Position numbers and translations under genes: made by a program
NCBI GenBank assembly: GCA_015478665.1
Contig: JADMII010000001.1
Span: 183,537 to 247,536 of the forward strand
DNA: 64,000 nucleotides
Origin: Dehalococcoidia bacterium
GTDB taxonomy: Bacteria; Chloroflexota; Dehalococcoidia; DSTF01; JACRBR01
Direction of reading: 5' to 3'
The notes under the pieces: generated by a model
What the model was told of the DNA's origin: nothing
The model's input: the letters and a program-made list of their open reading frames with translations, nothing else
Database searches by the model: none
Shown: positions 9,561 through 18,769 of the stretch, one piece after another
How the letters are laid out: every line of letters begins with the position of its first letter
How positions within the stretch are numbered: position 1 is the stretch's first letter

Positions 9561-9611
9561 AATCGGCTGTTAACCGATTGGTTGTAGGTTCGAGTCCTGC
9601 CCGGGGAGCCA
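9561..9611 (+). pseudogene. 3' fragment of tRNA-Asn(GTT), island attachment site
   Basis: AATCGG-CTGTTAA-CCGATT anticodon arm, GTAGGTTCGAGTCCTGC T arm, CCGGGGAG-CCA end; no D arm or 5' acceptor strand upstream. Confidence 0.9.
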
Positions 9612-9676
9612 TGTGCCAACCGCGGCTTCGCCGGCGGCGCGTCGGCGCACGGGCGTGGCGGCGGCGGCGCGCAGGC

Positions 9677-10984
9677 TCAGGGGAGCCGGCGCAGTGAGCC
9701 GGGCACGATGGCGTCCGGCGTCTCCGTTGCCGGGGCGCTGAGTTGCTCGTAGAGCACGGCGACGGCATCGGCCACGTTGGCCCAGCGGAAGCGCTCGACA
9801 GCCTCGCGGGCAGCGCGGCCGAAGGATGCCCGCAGTTCGTCGTTATCGAGCAGCAGTTCGAGGCGTTCGGCGAAGGGCTCCGGGCAGCGCCACGAGATCA
9901 GATAGCCGGTCTCGCCGTCGCTGATCGTGCTCGCGAGGCCGCCGACGCGCGAGGCGACGACGGGCGTCCCGCAGGCCATCGACTCGACGGCCACCATGCC
10001 GAAGCTCTCGTAGTACGACGGCACGACGCAGACGTCGGCGGCGTTGTAGTAGAGCGGCAGCGCGTCGTGCGCGACAGCGCCGACGAAGGCGATGTGGTGT
10101 TCGACGCCGAGGCGCTCGGCGAGCGAGCGGAGCTGCGCGATCTCCGCATCGGCGCGCGCGTCGCCGCCGACGATGAGGACGCGGAAGTTCTCGTCGTCGT
10201 GCAGCTGCGCGGCGGCGCCGATGAGCACGTCGATGCCCTTCAGGGGCTCGATGCGGCCGACGAAGAGGATGATCCGCTCGCCGTCGCGGAGCTGGAGGCG
10301 GCGCCGCGCTTCTTCCTTGTCGAGCGGCGTGAAGAGGTCGAGGTCGACGCCGCACGGCACGAGATGCATGCGCGCCGCGTCGGCGCCGTAGAGCGACGTC
10401 AGCAGTTGCCGCTCGTGCTCGCTGGCGACGACGACGGCGTCGGCGGTCGTGGCGATCGCGCGCTCGACGTCGATGCGCTCGACGGTCTCGTGCTCGGTGA
10501 TGCGGGCGCGGTTCTTGACTTCGCCAAGCGTGTGGAACATCGCGACGTGGCGGACGTGCCAGCGCCGGGCGAGGCGCATGCCCGCCCAACCGGACATCCA
10601 GTAGTGGCTGTGGACGAGGTCGTAGCTCAGCGCCTCGCGCTCGGTACAGGCGAGGATGTTCGCCTCGAACTCCGCCAGGTGGCCGGCGATGGCGTCCTTT
10701 TCGATGAGCGCCGGCGGTCCGGCGTCGATCTGGACGACGCGCGCGTTGGGGCCGATGGGCTGCACGTCCGGCGCCTCCGGCGATGTGCGCCGGGTGAAGA
10801 CATCGACGCGATAGCCGCGCGCGCCGAGCTCGCGGCTGAGCTCGCGCACGTAGACGTTCATGCCGCCGCTCTCGCGGCCGCCGGCTGCAGCGAGCGGCGA
10901 CGTGTGCGCGCTCAGCACGGCGATGCGGCGATGGGTGGGGGCAGCGGTACCCGGTCGCGGCACGATGGGCAGGTCAATGGTCAT
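9677..10984 (-). CDS. mshA: GT4 glycosyltransferase, MshA (D-inositol-3-phosphate GlcNAc transferase)-like
   Basis: HTSPL..GG..SGGMNVYV, HSHYWMSG, HTLGEVKN, FVGRIEPLKG, PSYYESFGMVAVESMACGTPV; family strong, exact substrate uncertain. Confidence 0.75.
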   Translation of the reverse strand: MTIDLPIVPRPGTAAPTHRRIAVLSAHTSPLAAAGGRESGGMNVYVRELSRELGARGYRVDVFTRRTSPEAPDVQPIGPNARVVQIDAGPPALIEKDAIAGHLAEFEANILACTEREALSYDLVHSHYWMSGWAGMRLARRWHVRHVAMFHTLGEVKNRARITEHETVERIDVERAIATTADAVVVASEHERQLLTSLYGADAARMHLVPCGVDLDLFTPLDKEEARRRLQLRDGERIILFVGRIEPLKGIDVLIGAAAQLHDDENFRVLIVGGDARADAEIAQLRSLAERLGVEHHIAFVGAVAHDALPLYYNAADVCVVPSYYESFGMVAVESMACGTPVVASRVGGLASTISDGETGYLISWRCPEPFAERLELLLDNDELRASFGRAAREAVERFRWANVADAVAVLYEQLSAPATETPDAIVPGSLRRLP

Positions 10985-11059
10985 CGCTGCTGTCCTGGGG
11001 TGCGTGGCGCCGGCATCTCGTCTCCCACCTTTTGCATGTTGATGGCGGCCGGCGGTGGA

Positions 11060-12043
11060 TCATCGTGTCAGCGTGAGCTGATACACCTGCTGGTCGGTGC
11101 CGCCGAGGTCGTACTTGTACGCCTCATCTCCCCGCAGGAAGTCCACGCAGCTGCGGCCGTTCTCGACCGCGTCCCTGAGCAGGAGCGCCTTCGACATGAG
11201 GCCGACGCCGTAGTGGGCGTACTGCGGATCGTAGCCGCTATTGTACATGTACAGGACGCCAGCGAGATCGAAATTCAGCACTGAGGCAACGGGCTGGCCG
11301 TCAAGGGTCAGCAGGTAGAAACGCAGCATGCGCTCGTGCGCCATGGCGGGCACCATCTCCCGGAAGAACGGCTCCATGCCGGGGCGGGCGAGAAACTCCT
11401 CCTTATGGTGAGAGCTGATGCGCATGAGATGGAAGAGCGTGTCGAGGAGTTCGAACGCCTCAGCAGGCTCGGTGACGACGCGCAGGTCGACGGTGCCGCC
11501 GGAGTCGAGCCGGCGCAGCTTGCGGCGCAACTCGTGGCGGTCCTTCTTCGAGAGGCGCGCCAGGTACTCGTCCCAGCTCCCGGGCAGCTCGACGCTGGGT
11601 GAGAGCGCCTCGTCATCGCGCGCGCAGGCGAAGCCGGCGGCCGGTGCGGCGGCGGCGACCGCGCCGAGCGCCGCGGACCACTGGCGGATGCCGCGCAGTG
11701 TGAGGGTGTGCACACCGGCATCGGCGAGCCGGGCGAGGAGCGAGGCGAAGAACTGCTGCTCGAAGCCGGGCGTGACGACGACGTCCATGTAGTCGCAGAT
11801 CGAGTAGTGCCCGACGAGCTCCGCGCGGTCGCCTTCGACGAGGAGCGGCGCGACGCCGATCAGGCGCTCGCCGTCGCGGGCGGTGAGGAGTTGCAGCGTG
11901 CGCGCTCCCTGGAAGTGGTCGAGCCAGACACGCTGCCATGCCGGCGTCACGAAGGGGACGGGCGCCGGCACCGTCGCCAGGAGGCCGGTCCATTCGCCGC
12001 GCACCTGGTCGAACGGCTCGTCGCGCACCTCCAGCGCGGTCAC
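11060..12043 (-). CDS. GNAT-fold acyltransferase, CelD/BcsL (Acetyltransf_6) family
   Basis: [59 protein letters not shown]; GTGA overlap with folE. Confidence 0.85.
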   Translation of the reverse strand: MTALEVRDEPFDQVRGEWTGLLATVPAPVPFVTPAWQRVWLDHFQGARTLQLLTARDGERLIGVAPLLVEGDRAELVGHYSICDYMDVVVTPGFEQQFFASLLARLADAGVHTLTLRGIRQWSAALGAVAAAAPAAGFACARDDEALSPSVELPGSWDEYLARLSKKDRHELRRKLRRLDSGGTVDLRVVTEPAEAFELLDTLFHLMRISSHHKEEFLARPGMEPFFREMVPAMAHERMLRFYLLTLDGQPVASVLNFDLAGVLYMYNSGYDPQYAHYGVGLMSKALLLRDAVENGRSCVDFLRGDEAYKYDLGGTDQQVYQLTLTR

Positions 12044-12639
12044 TGGCCACGCACCAGGGAGAGGAATTCGGCGCGTGTCACGGAGTTCTTGCGGAAGGCG
12101 CCGCGCGTGGCCGATGTGACCATGCGGCTGCCGGCCTTTCGCACGCCGCGCGCGGTCATGCAGAGGTGCTCCGCCTCGATGACGACGGCGACGCCATCGG
12201 GCTGCATCGTGTCCATGATGGCATCGGCGATCTGGCCGGTGAGGCGCTCCTGGAGCTGCGGCCGCCGGGCGTAGCCATCGATGAGGCGCGCCAGCTTGCT
12301 GAGGCCGACGACGCGGCCATCGGGCAGGTAGCCGACGGCGGCGACGCCGTGAAAGGGCAGGAAGTGATGCTCGCAGACGCTGTAGAAGGGGATGCCCTTG
12401 AGGACGACCATCTCATCCTGGGCGACGTCGAATCCGACGGCAAGGTGGTCGCGGGGATCGACGGTCAGCCCTTCGAAGAGCTCCCCGTACATGCGGGCGA
12501 CGCGGGCGGGGGTATCGACGAGGCCCGCGCGCTGGGGATCCTCGCCGACGGCCTCGATGATCTCGCGGACGGCGCGCTCGATGCGTGCCTCGTCCACGGG
12601 GCGGCGGACGAAAGAATCGGGTAGACGTTCGATGGCCAT
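12040..12639 (-). CDS. folE: GTP cyclohydrolase I
   Basis: [49 protein letters not shown]. Confidence 0.97.
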   Translation of the reverse strand: MAIERLPDSFVRRPVDEARIERAVREIIEAVGEDPQRAGLVDTPARVARMYGELFEGLTVDPRDHLAVGFDVAQDEMVVLKGIPFYSVCEHHFLPFHGVAAVGYLPDGRVVGLSKLARLIDGYARRPQLQERLTGQIADAIMDTMQPDGVAVVIEAEHLCMTARGVRKAGSRMVTSATRGAFRKNSVTRAEFLSLVRGQ

Positions 12640-12944
12640 AGTTCAGGATAGCTGTTCGGGCCGGTTGAGGCTGCGGACGGGTGGCTGGAACCGCGGCGTC
12701 CTCCGTCTGCGCCGCGCACCGCCATCTCAGGATCCCCGACCCGTCCGGGCTGCCGTCGCTTCGCGAGAAGAGCGGCGGGGGAGGCGCGGCCGGTCGACCT
12801 TCCCCGAATGCCGGGGGCCCCAGCATCTCCGCTCGTGGCCTTACCGGCCTGACCCGCGCTCCCACCGGTCACGTCCGGATCACCGCACGTCTCCACGAAT
12901 CACCATCGCCTCCCGTCATCGCGGCGCAGGCGTTACGCTGCGCC

Positions 12945-14210
12945 ATGCTCAGCCTCCAGTTCATCCGCGAGCATCCGGACGTCGTCCGCCGCGCGCTCGA
13001 GGAGCGGCGGACGCCGGCGCCGCTCGACGAGGTGCTCGCGCTGGACGAGCGGCGACGCGCGCTCCTCGCCGAGACGGAGCAGCTGCGCGCGGAACAGAAC
13101 GCCGCCGGCAAGAAGATCGGCGCCGCGAAGGACGCCGGCGAACGCCAACGGATGATCGACGCGATGAAGGGCGTCTCGTCGCGCGTCGACGAGCTGGCTC
13201 CGGAGTTGCGTGAGGTCGAGGAGCGGCTGCAGGCGCTGCTGTACGAGCTCCCCAACATCCCCGCGCCCAGCACGCCAGTCGGCGCGGGCGAAGACGACAA
13301 CCCCGTGCGGGAGCAGTCCGGCGAGGAGACGCGCGACGAGTGGCGCAAGCCGCACTGGGAGCTGGGCGAAGCGCTTGGGATCATCGACTTCGAGCGCGGC
13401 GTCAAGCTCTCCGGCTCCCGCTTCTACGTCCTGACGGGCGCCGGCGCGCGGCTGCAGCGCGCGCTCATCGCCTTCATGCTCGAACTCCACATCGACAAGC
13501 ACGGCTACACGGAGATGTACCTGCCGGCGATGGTGAAGGAAGAGACGATGCTGCACTCCGGGCAGTTGCCGAAGTTCCGCGACAATCTCTACCACGACGC
13601 CGAAGAGGACTTCTGGTTCGTCCCGACCGCCGAGGTGCCGTTGACCAACCTGCACGGCGACGAGATCCTCGACGGCGACAGCATGCCGCGCCACTACGTC
13701 GCCTACACGCCTTGCTTCCGGCGCGAGAAGATGAGCGCCGGCCGCGATGTGCGCGGCATGAAGCGCGGCCACCAGTTCGACAAGGTCGAGATGTACACCT
13801 TCTGCGCGCCCGAACACTCGGCCGACGAGCTCGAGCGGATGCTCGACGACGCGCTCGACGTCTGCCGGGCGCTGCGGCTGAGCTATCGCGTCGTGAACAT
13901 CTGCACCGGCGACCTGGGGTTCAACGCCGCGAAGACCTACGACATCGAGGCGTGGTCGCCGGCCGTCGCCGAGTGGCTCGAGGTCTCGTCGGTGAGCAAC
14001 TGCACGGATTTCCAGGCGCGACGCGCGAACGTGCGCTTCCGGCGGGAGCCGTCATCGAAGCCGGAGTTCGTGCACACGCTGAACGGCTCGGGCCTCGCCC
14101 TGCCGCGGACGATGATCGCGATGATCGAGAACTACCAGCAGCGCGACGGGTCGATCGAGGTGCCGGAGGTACTGCTGCCGTACATGGGTGGCACCGGCGT
14201 CATCCGCTGA
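12945..14210 (+). CDS. serS: Serine--tRNA ligase
   Basis: PTAEVPL, CFRRE, GHQFDKVE, YDIEAW, EVSSVSNCTDFQARR, HTLNGSGLA; leaderless TACGCT-5nt-ATG. Confidence 0.97.
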   Translation: MLSLQFIREHPDVVRRALEERRTPAPLDEVLALDERRRALLAETEQLRAEQNAAGKKIGAAKDAGERQRMIDAMKGVSSRVDELAPELREVEERLQALLYELPNIPAPSTPVGAGEDDNPVREQSGEETRDEWRKPHWELGEALGIIDFERGVKLSGSRFYVLTGAGARLQRALIAFMLELHIDKHGYTEMYLPAMVKEETMLHSGQLPKFRDNLYHDAEEDFWFVPTAEVPLTNLHGDEILDGDSMPRHYVAYTPCFRREKMSAGRDVRGMKRGHQFDKVEMYTFCAPEHSADELERMLDDALDVCRALRLSYRVVNICTGDLGFNAAKTYDIEAWSPAVAEWLEVSSVSNCTDFQARRANVRFRREPSSKPEFVHTLNGSGLALPRTMIAMIENYQQRDGSIEVPEVLLPYMGGTGVIR

Positions 14211-14300
14211 GGGAGGCCGCGCGTGCGCGGTGATGGCGGTCGGAGGCGTCGCGGAGACGGGGGAACCGCAGATGGCCACCCGACGAACCCAACATGGCGC

Positions 14301-14328
14301 GACGCTTCGCTTCGCTCATCCTGATGAC
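14301..14328. repeat. Degenerate REP-like repeat half (CTTCGCTTCGCTCA..GATGAC)
   Basis: Near reverse complement of the 19627-19650 element. Confidence 0.45.
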
Positions 14329-14351
14329 GGCGCTGGGCGTACACTGAGCGC

Positions 14352-15353
14352 GTGGGTACGGGTGAGTTCCAGCTGATCGAGCGGGTGCGCCGTGTGCTCG
14401 GCGCAGCGGTGGACGCGCGGCTCATCGCCGGCATCGGCGACGACGCGGCGGTGTGGCGGACGGGCGGCTGGACGATCGCGACGACGGACACGATGGTCGA
14501 CGGCGTGCACTTCCGCCGTCAGGGCGTGCAGGCCGATGCCATCGGCTGGAAGGCGCTGGCTGCGAACGTCAGCGACATCGCGGCGATGGGCGGCGCGCCG
14601 TCGTTCGCGCTCGTGACGTTGTTCCTGCCGCAGGACGTCGAGCCCGAATGGGTCGAGGCGCTGTACGCGGGCTTCCGGGCGTGCGGCGAGGCGTACGGAG
14701 TAACGGTCGCCGGCGGCGACGTCGTCGCTGCGCCGGTGCTGGCGGTCACGGTCGCGCTCTGCGGCGAGCCCGTGGTGTTCGACGCTTCCGGGGCGCCGCT
14801 ACTGTTGCGCCGGGACGCCGCGAGAGCCGGCGACGCGATCGCGGTGACGGGAACGCTCGGCGGCTCGGCGGCCGGGCTGCGCCTGCTGCTTCGTGGCGAC
14901 GATGGCGCGCGGGCGGGACTTGCCGAGCGGCATCGCCGCCCGCGGCCGCGCGTCGATGCGGGGGAGGCGGCGGTGCGCGCGGGCGTGCGCTGCGGCATCG
15001 ACGTGAGCGACGGGCTGCTGCAGGATCTCGGGCACATCTGCGCGGCGAGCGGCCTCGGGGCGACGGTGCGCGCCGGCGCCCTGCCGGTCGATGCGGCGGC
15101 GGCCGCAGCGTTCCCCGACGAAGCGATCGAGCTGGCGGCGACCGGCGGCGAGGACTACGAGTTGGTGCTCATCGGACCGCAGGCGGCGCTCGATGCGACA
15201 TCGCAGGCGCTCGCCGCGCCGCTGTGCGTAATCGGCGAGATGCGCGGCGGCGATGCCGGGCGCGACGTGCAGCTTGTCGATGACGACGGGCGCGAGCTGT
15301 CGTTCGAGCGGCGCGGCTGGGACCACCTCGCGCGGGCGAAGGAGACGCGATGA
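14352..15353 (+). CDS. thiL: Thiamine-monophosphate kinase
   Basis: GEFQLI, GIGDDAAV, TDTMVDGVHF, NVSDIAAMGG, DVSDGLLQDL, GGEDYELV. Confidence 0.95.
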   Translation: MGTGEFQLIERVRRVLGAAVDARLIAGIGDDAAVWRTGGWTIATTDTMVDGVHFRRQGVQADAIGWKALAANVSDIAAMGGAPSFALVTLFLPQDVEPEWVEALYAGFRACGEAYGVTVAGGDVVAAPVLAVTVALCGEPVVFDASGAPLLLRRDAARAGDAIAVTGTLGGSAAGLRLLLRGDDGARAGLAERHRRPRPRVDAGEAAVRAGVRCGIDVSDGLLQDLGHICAASGLGATVRAGALPVDAAAAAAFPDEAIELAATGGEDYELVLIGPQAALDATSQALAAPLCVIGEMRGGDAGRDVQLVDDDGRELSFERRGWDHLARAKETR

Positions 15354-15832
15354 CGGCAGCGACCGTGCGCGACAGCGCGACGCCGGGCGAGACGCGGCGC
15401 TTCGGGGAGCGCATCGGCCGCACGCTGCGGGCCGGCGACGTGGTGCTGCTGTCCGGCGAGCTGGGCGCGGGGAAGACGGTGCTGGCGCAGGGCATCGGCC
15501 GCGGGCTCGGCGTCACGGATCCGATCAAGAGTTCGTCGTTCGTGATCATGAACGAGTACGAAGGGCGACTGCGGCTGTTCCACGCGGACCTGTATCGGCT
15601 CGAGGATCCGGCGCAGGTCGCGGAGCTGGCGCTCGACGAGCTGGCGACGGACGGCGTCCTGGTGGTGGAGTGGCCGGAGCGGGCGCCGCAGGAGCTGCCG
15701 GCGCAGCACCTGCTCGTCGAACTGGAGTACGGCACGGCGCGGACGCGGCGGATCGCCGTCTCCGCCCGCGGCGCCCGCTACGAGGCGCTGGTCGAGCGGC
15801 TGGGTCGAGGGCGATCGGGAGACCGACAATAG
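15350..15832 (+). CDS. tsaE: t6A tRNA modification ATPase
   Basis: LSGELGAGKT, HADLYRL, VVEWPER. Confidence 0.95.
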   Translation: MTAATVRDSATPGETRRFGERIGRTLRAGDVVLLSGELGAGKTVLAQGIGRGLGVTDPIKSSSFVIMNEYEGRLRLFHADLYRLEDPAQVAELALDELATDGVLVVEWPERAPQELPAQHLLVELEYGTARTRRIAVSARGARYEALVERLGRGRSGDRQ

Positions 15833-15929
15833 TTCGAGCGGCGCCCACTGCGACGTCAGCCGCGCGGCCGGTGCTTCGAGGAGCGCGATGCAGACGGCGA
15901 CCGCACGACGCAGCGGCGACTGGCTGCGG

Positions 15930-16274
15930 CTACTGGATGTGGACGACGGAGACGCCTTGCGCCCAGAGGCCTTCGAGGTTGTAGTAGTCGCGTTCGTCGG
16001 GCGCGAAGAGGTGGACGATTGCGTTGCCGAAGTCGAGCAGCACCCAGCCGGAGTCGGGGCCGCCTTCGGTGCGCAGGGCGCGCACGCCATCGTCGCGCAG
16101 GTCGCGCTGGACGGAGTCGATGAGGGCGTTCATCTGCCGCGGGTTGCTGGCGGTGGCGACGACGAAGTAATCGGTGAACGACGAGACCTTGCTGATGTCC
16201 ATGAGGACGATGTCCTCCGCCTGGCGGTCGGAGAGCAGGTCTGCGATGCGTTGGGCGAGTTCTTCGGACTCCAG
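15930..16274 (-). CDS. rsfS: Ribosome silencing factor (probable CTG start)
   Basis: QAEDIVLMDIS..FTDYFVVATA, WVLLDFG..IVHLF..R.YYNLEGLW. Confidence 0.92.
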   Translation of the reverse strand: MESEELAQRIADLLSDRQAEDIVLMDISKVSSFTDYFVVATASNPRQMNALIDSVQRDLRDDGVRALRTEGGPDSGWVLLDFGNAIVHLFAPDERDYYNLEGLWAQGVSVVHIQ

Positions 16275-16445
16275 TAGCGGTCTCCGGAGGCGGGCGCGGG
16301 CATCCTGCCGAGTGGCCGGAGTATAGCACGGCGGGCTACGCTGAGTTGGCGCGCGAAGCGGTATGCGCGCCGTCATCGGCGCGTCGCGCAGGCACCAGGG
16401 CGGCGGTGGGCGATGCGGCGATGCCGGCGAGCGAAGGTGAGGCTG

Positions 16446-17528
16446 ATGTCGAAGCGGACCCGGGTGGTGGTGGCGATGAGCGGCGGCGTCGATTCCGCGG
16501 TCGCGGCCGGGCTGCTGGCGCGCGGCGGGTACGATGTCGTCGGCATCACGATGCGGCTGAGCACGCGCGAGGACCCGGATGCGCCGGCGACGACGAAGCG
16601 CTGCTGTTCTGTCGAGGACACGGAGGACGCGCGGCGGGCGGCGGATGCCATCGGCATCCCGCACTACGTGCTGAACCTCGAGCGGGAGTTCCGGGAGCGT
16701 GTGGTCGATGCGTTCGTCGGCGAGTACGCGCGCGGACGGACGCCGAACCCGTGCCTGGCATGCAACGAGCACCTGAAGTTCCGCGCCCTTCTGGATCGCG
16801 CCGTCGCGCTCGATGCCGGCTACCTGGCGACGGGGCACTACGCGCGCATCGAGCGGCGCGGCGAACGCTACGCGCTGCGGCGCGCGGCCGACGTGACGAA
16901 GGACCAGTCGTACGTGCTGTACACGATGGGGCAGGCGGAGCTGGCGAAGACGCTGTTTCCGGTCGGCGCCTACGAGAAGGCACGCATCCGCGAGCTGGCG
17001 CGGGAGATGCGGCTCGATCTGGCGGAGAAGCCGGACAGCGTCGACATCTGCTTCGTTCCGGACGGCGACTATCGCCGCTTCGTGCGAACGCGCCTGGCGG
17101 CGGCGCCGGGGGTGATGCGCGATGGCCGGGGCGAGGTCGTCGGGGCGCACGACGGCGTCGCCGGCTTCACGATCGGCCAGCGGAAGGGCCTCGGCCGCGC
17201 CTTCGGCGAGAGGCGGTTCGTGACGGGCATCGATGCGGAGCGGAAGGTGATCACGGTCGGACCGGAGGAAGCGCTGCTGGCGCGGGCGATGGTCGTCGAG
17301 GACGTGCGCTGGGTCGCCGGCGAGGCGCCACGAGAGCTGCGGGCGTCGGTGAAGATCCGGTATCGCACGGCGCCGGCGCCCGCGACGGTCGCGCGCCTGC
17401 CGGAGGGCCGGGCGCGCGTCGTGTTCGACGAGCCGCAGCGGGCGATCACCCCCGGCCAGGCGGCGGTGTTCTACGACGACGACGAGGTGTTGGGCGGCGG
17501 CGCGATCCTGCAGTCGGAGCGCGGGTAG
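16446..17528 (+). CDS. mnmA: tRNA-specific 2-thiouridylase
   Basis: VAMSGGVDS, TPNPCLACN, ATGHYA, KDQSY, TIGQRKGLG, TPGQAAVFY. Confidence 0.97.
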   Translation: MSKRTRVVVAMSGGVDSAVAAGLLARGGYDVVGITMRLSTREDPDAPATTKRCCSVEDTEDARRAADAIGIPHYVLNLEREFRERVVDAFVGEYARGRTPNPCLACNEHLKFRALLDRAVALDAGYLATGHYARIERRGERYALRRAADVTKDQSYVLYTMGQAELAKTLFPVGAYEKARIRELAREMRLDLAEKPDSVDICFVPDGDYRRFVRTRLAAAPGVMRDGRGEVVGAHDGVAGFTIGQRKGLGRAFGERRFVTGIDAERKVITVGPEEALLARAMVVEDVRWVAGEAPRELRASVKIRYRTAPAPATVARLPEGRARVVFDEPQRAITPGQAAVFYDDDEVLGGGAILQSERG

Positions 17529-17752
17529 CGCGTCCGAGGGACTCGGCGCCGCGGACGGGCGGCGCCGAAGACGATGCCCGGCACGGACGCCCTGTTCGGG
17601 CAGCAGTGGCAGCGCTTGGCGCGCAGTCGTCGGGTGCGACGTGCGGCCCGGCATGCGTCCGTCGCGCGGGCATCGCCTCCGGTCGTGCGATGGTATCGTG
17701 CGAGGGCGCGGTGACCCCGCGTGAAACGCTCAGCCACGGAGGAGGGCGGCCG

Positions 17753-18667
17753 ATGGACTTCGAGGCGATCCTGTACGAAGTCGAGGGTGGCAAGGCGCGG
17801 ATCACGCTCAATCGCCCGGAAAAGCTGAACGCGCTCTCGATGCGACTGCAGCGCGAGCTGAATAGCGCGCTCTGGGAGGCGGACAACGACGCGCGCGTGC
17901 ACGTGATCATCCTGCGTGCGGCCGGACGCGCGTTTTCGGCCGGCTACGACCTGACGCCGATGCAGTCGCCGCCAAGGCGCGAGGACCGCGACGAGGCCTA
18001 CACGGACGTCTACCGCGGCATGGCCTCGATGGACGACGACATCTGGCAGCTCGAGCGGCAGCAGCGCGAGCGGATGGCGATCTGGGACATCCACAAGCCA
18101 GTGATCGCCCAGCTCCACGGCTACTGCCTGGCGGGCGGCACGGACCTGGCGCTGCTCTGCGACATCGTGGTCGCCGCCGACGACGCCGTGATCGGCTTCC
18201 CGCCGGTGCGCGCGATGGGATCGCCGGTGGCGCACATGTGGACGTACCTCGTCGGGCCGCAATGGGCCAAGTACTTCCTGCTCACCGGTGACAGCGTCAG
18301 CGGCCGCGAGGCGGCGGCGATCGGGCTCGTCTGGAAGAGCGTGCCGGCGTCGGACCTGGCCGCCGAAGTGGAGGCGCTCGCGGGAAAGATGGAGAAGATC
18401 GATACGGAGCTGCTGGCGCCGAATAAGCGCATCGTCAACGTCGCGCTCGAGCTGATGGGGGCGCGGACGCTGCAACGGATGGCGGCGGAAACCGACGGGC
18501 GCGCGCACCAGGCGCCGGCGGTGCGGGAGTTCGGGCGGCGGGCGATGACGGACGGGCTGAAGGCGGCACTGGAGTGGCGCGACGGAACGTTCGGCGACAG
18601 CCGCACCAGCGAGGAGTACCAGCGGCGCCGGAGCGAGCAGGAAGCGCGCATGCGGCACGACGGCTAG
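17753..18667 (+). CDS. Crotonase/enoyl-CoA hydratase-family protein
   Basis: ITLNRPEKLNAL, AFSAGYDL, KPVIAQLHGYCLAGG; SD GGAGG before ATG 17753. Confidence 0.9.
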   Translation: MDFEAILYEVEGGKARITLNRPEKLNALSMRLQRELNSALWEADNDARVHVIILRAAGRAFSAGYDLTPMQSPPRREDRDEAYTDVYRGMASMDDDIWQLERQQRERMAIWDIHKPVIAQLHGYCLAGGTDLALLCDIVVAADDAVIGFPPVRAMGSPVAHMWTYLVGPQWAKYFLLTGDSVSGREAAAIGLVWKSVPASDLAAEVEALAGKMEKIDTELLAPNKRIVNVALELMGARTLQRMAAETDGRAHQAPAVREFGRRAMTDGLKAALEWRDGTFGDSRTSEEYQRRRSEQEARMRHDG

Positions 18668-18769
18668 CGCCGGTTCCGCAGGCCTGCCCGTGCCGCCGAT
18701 GGTCAAGCGGCCGACCGGAACCGGCTCGCATCCTGCGGTCGCTCGGGCGGGCGAGAGACGAGAAGGACG

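Larger units (their letters stand above)
1..9611. mobile_element. Right-hand part of a genomic (defence) island integrated at tRNA-Asn(GTT); left end outside window
   Basis: Visibly lower GC and looser codon bias than downstream DNA; defence cargo; ends at a tRNA 3' fragment (9561-9611) preceded by tandem 12-bp repeats; no integrase within window. Confidence 0.85.

Noticed and set aside
9530-9611. Intact tRNA-Asn gene
   Set aside because: No D arm or 5' acceptor strand (TCCCCGG) upstream of 9561; only the 3' part is present, so treated as an att site.
12678-12722. T-box antiterminator-like GGCTGGAACCGCGG upstream of serS
   Set aside because: No room for Stem I without overlapping folE, no terminator, and serS appears leaderless ~225 nt downstream.
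12651-12900. preQ1, ZTP, THF or guanidine riboswitch for folE
   Set aside because: Only short partial resemblances; A-rich tail and pseudoknot partners are missing, and folE has a -10 box 5 nt from its ATG.
16275-17654. 574-aa extended RsfS
   Set aside because: Extension is antisense to mnmA and lies upstream of the rsfS -10 box.
16346-17752. 773-aa ORF suggesting a large fusion on the crotonase
   Set aside because: Upstream part is an off-frame shadow of mnmA; real start is ATG 17753 with SD GGAGG.
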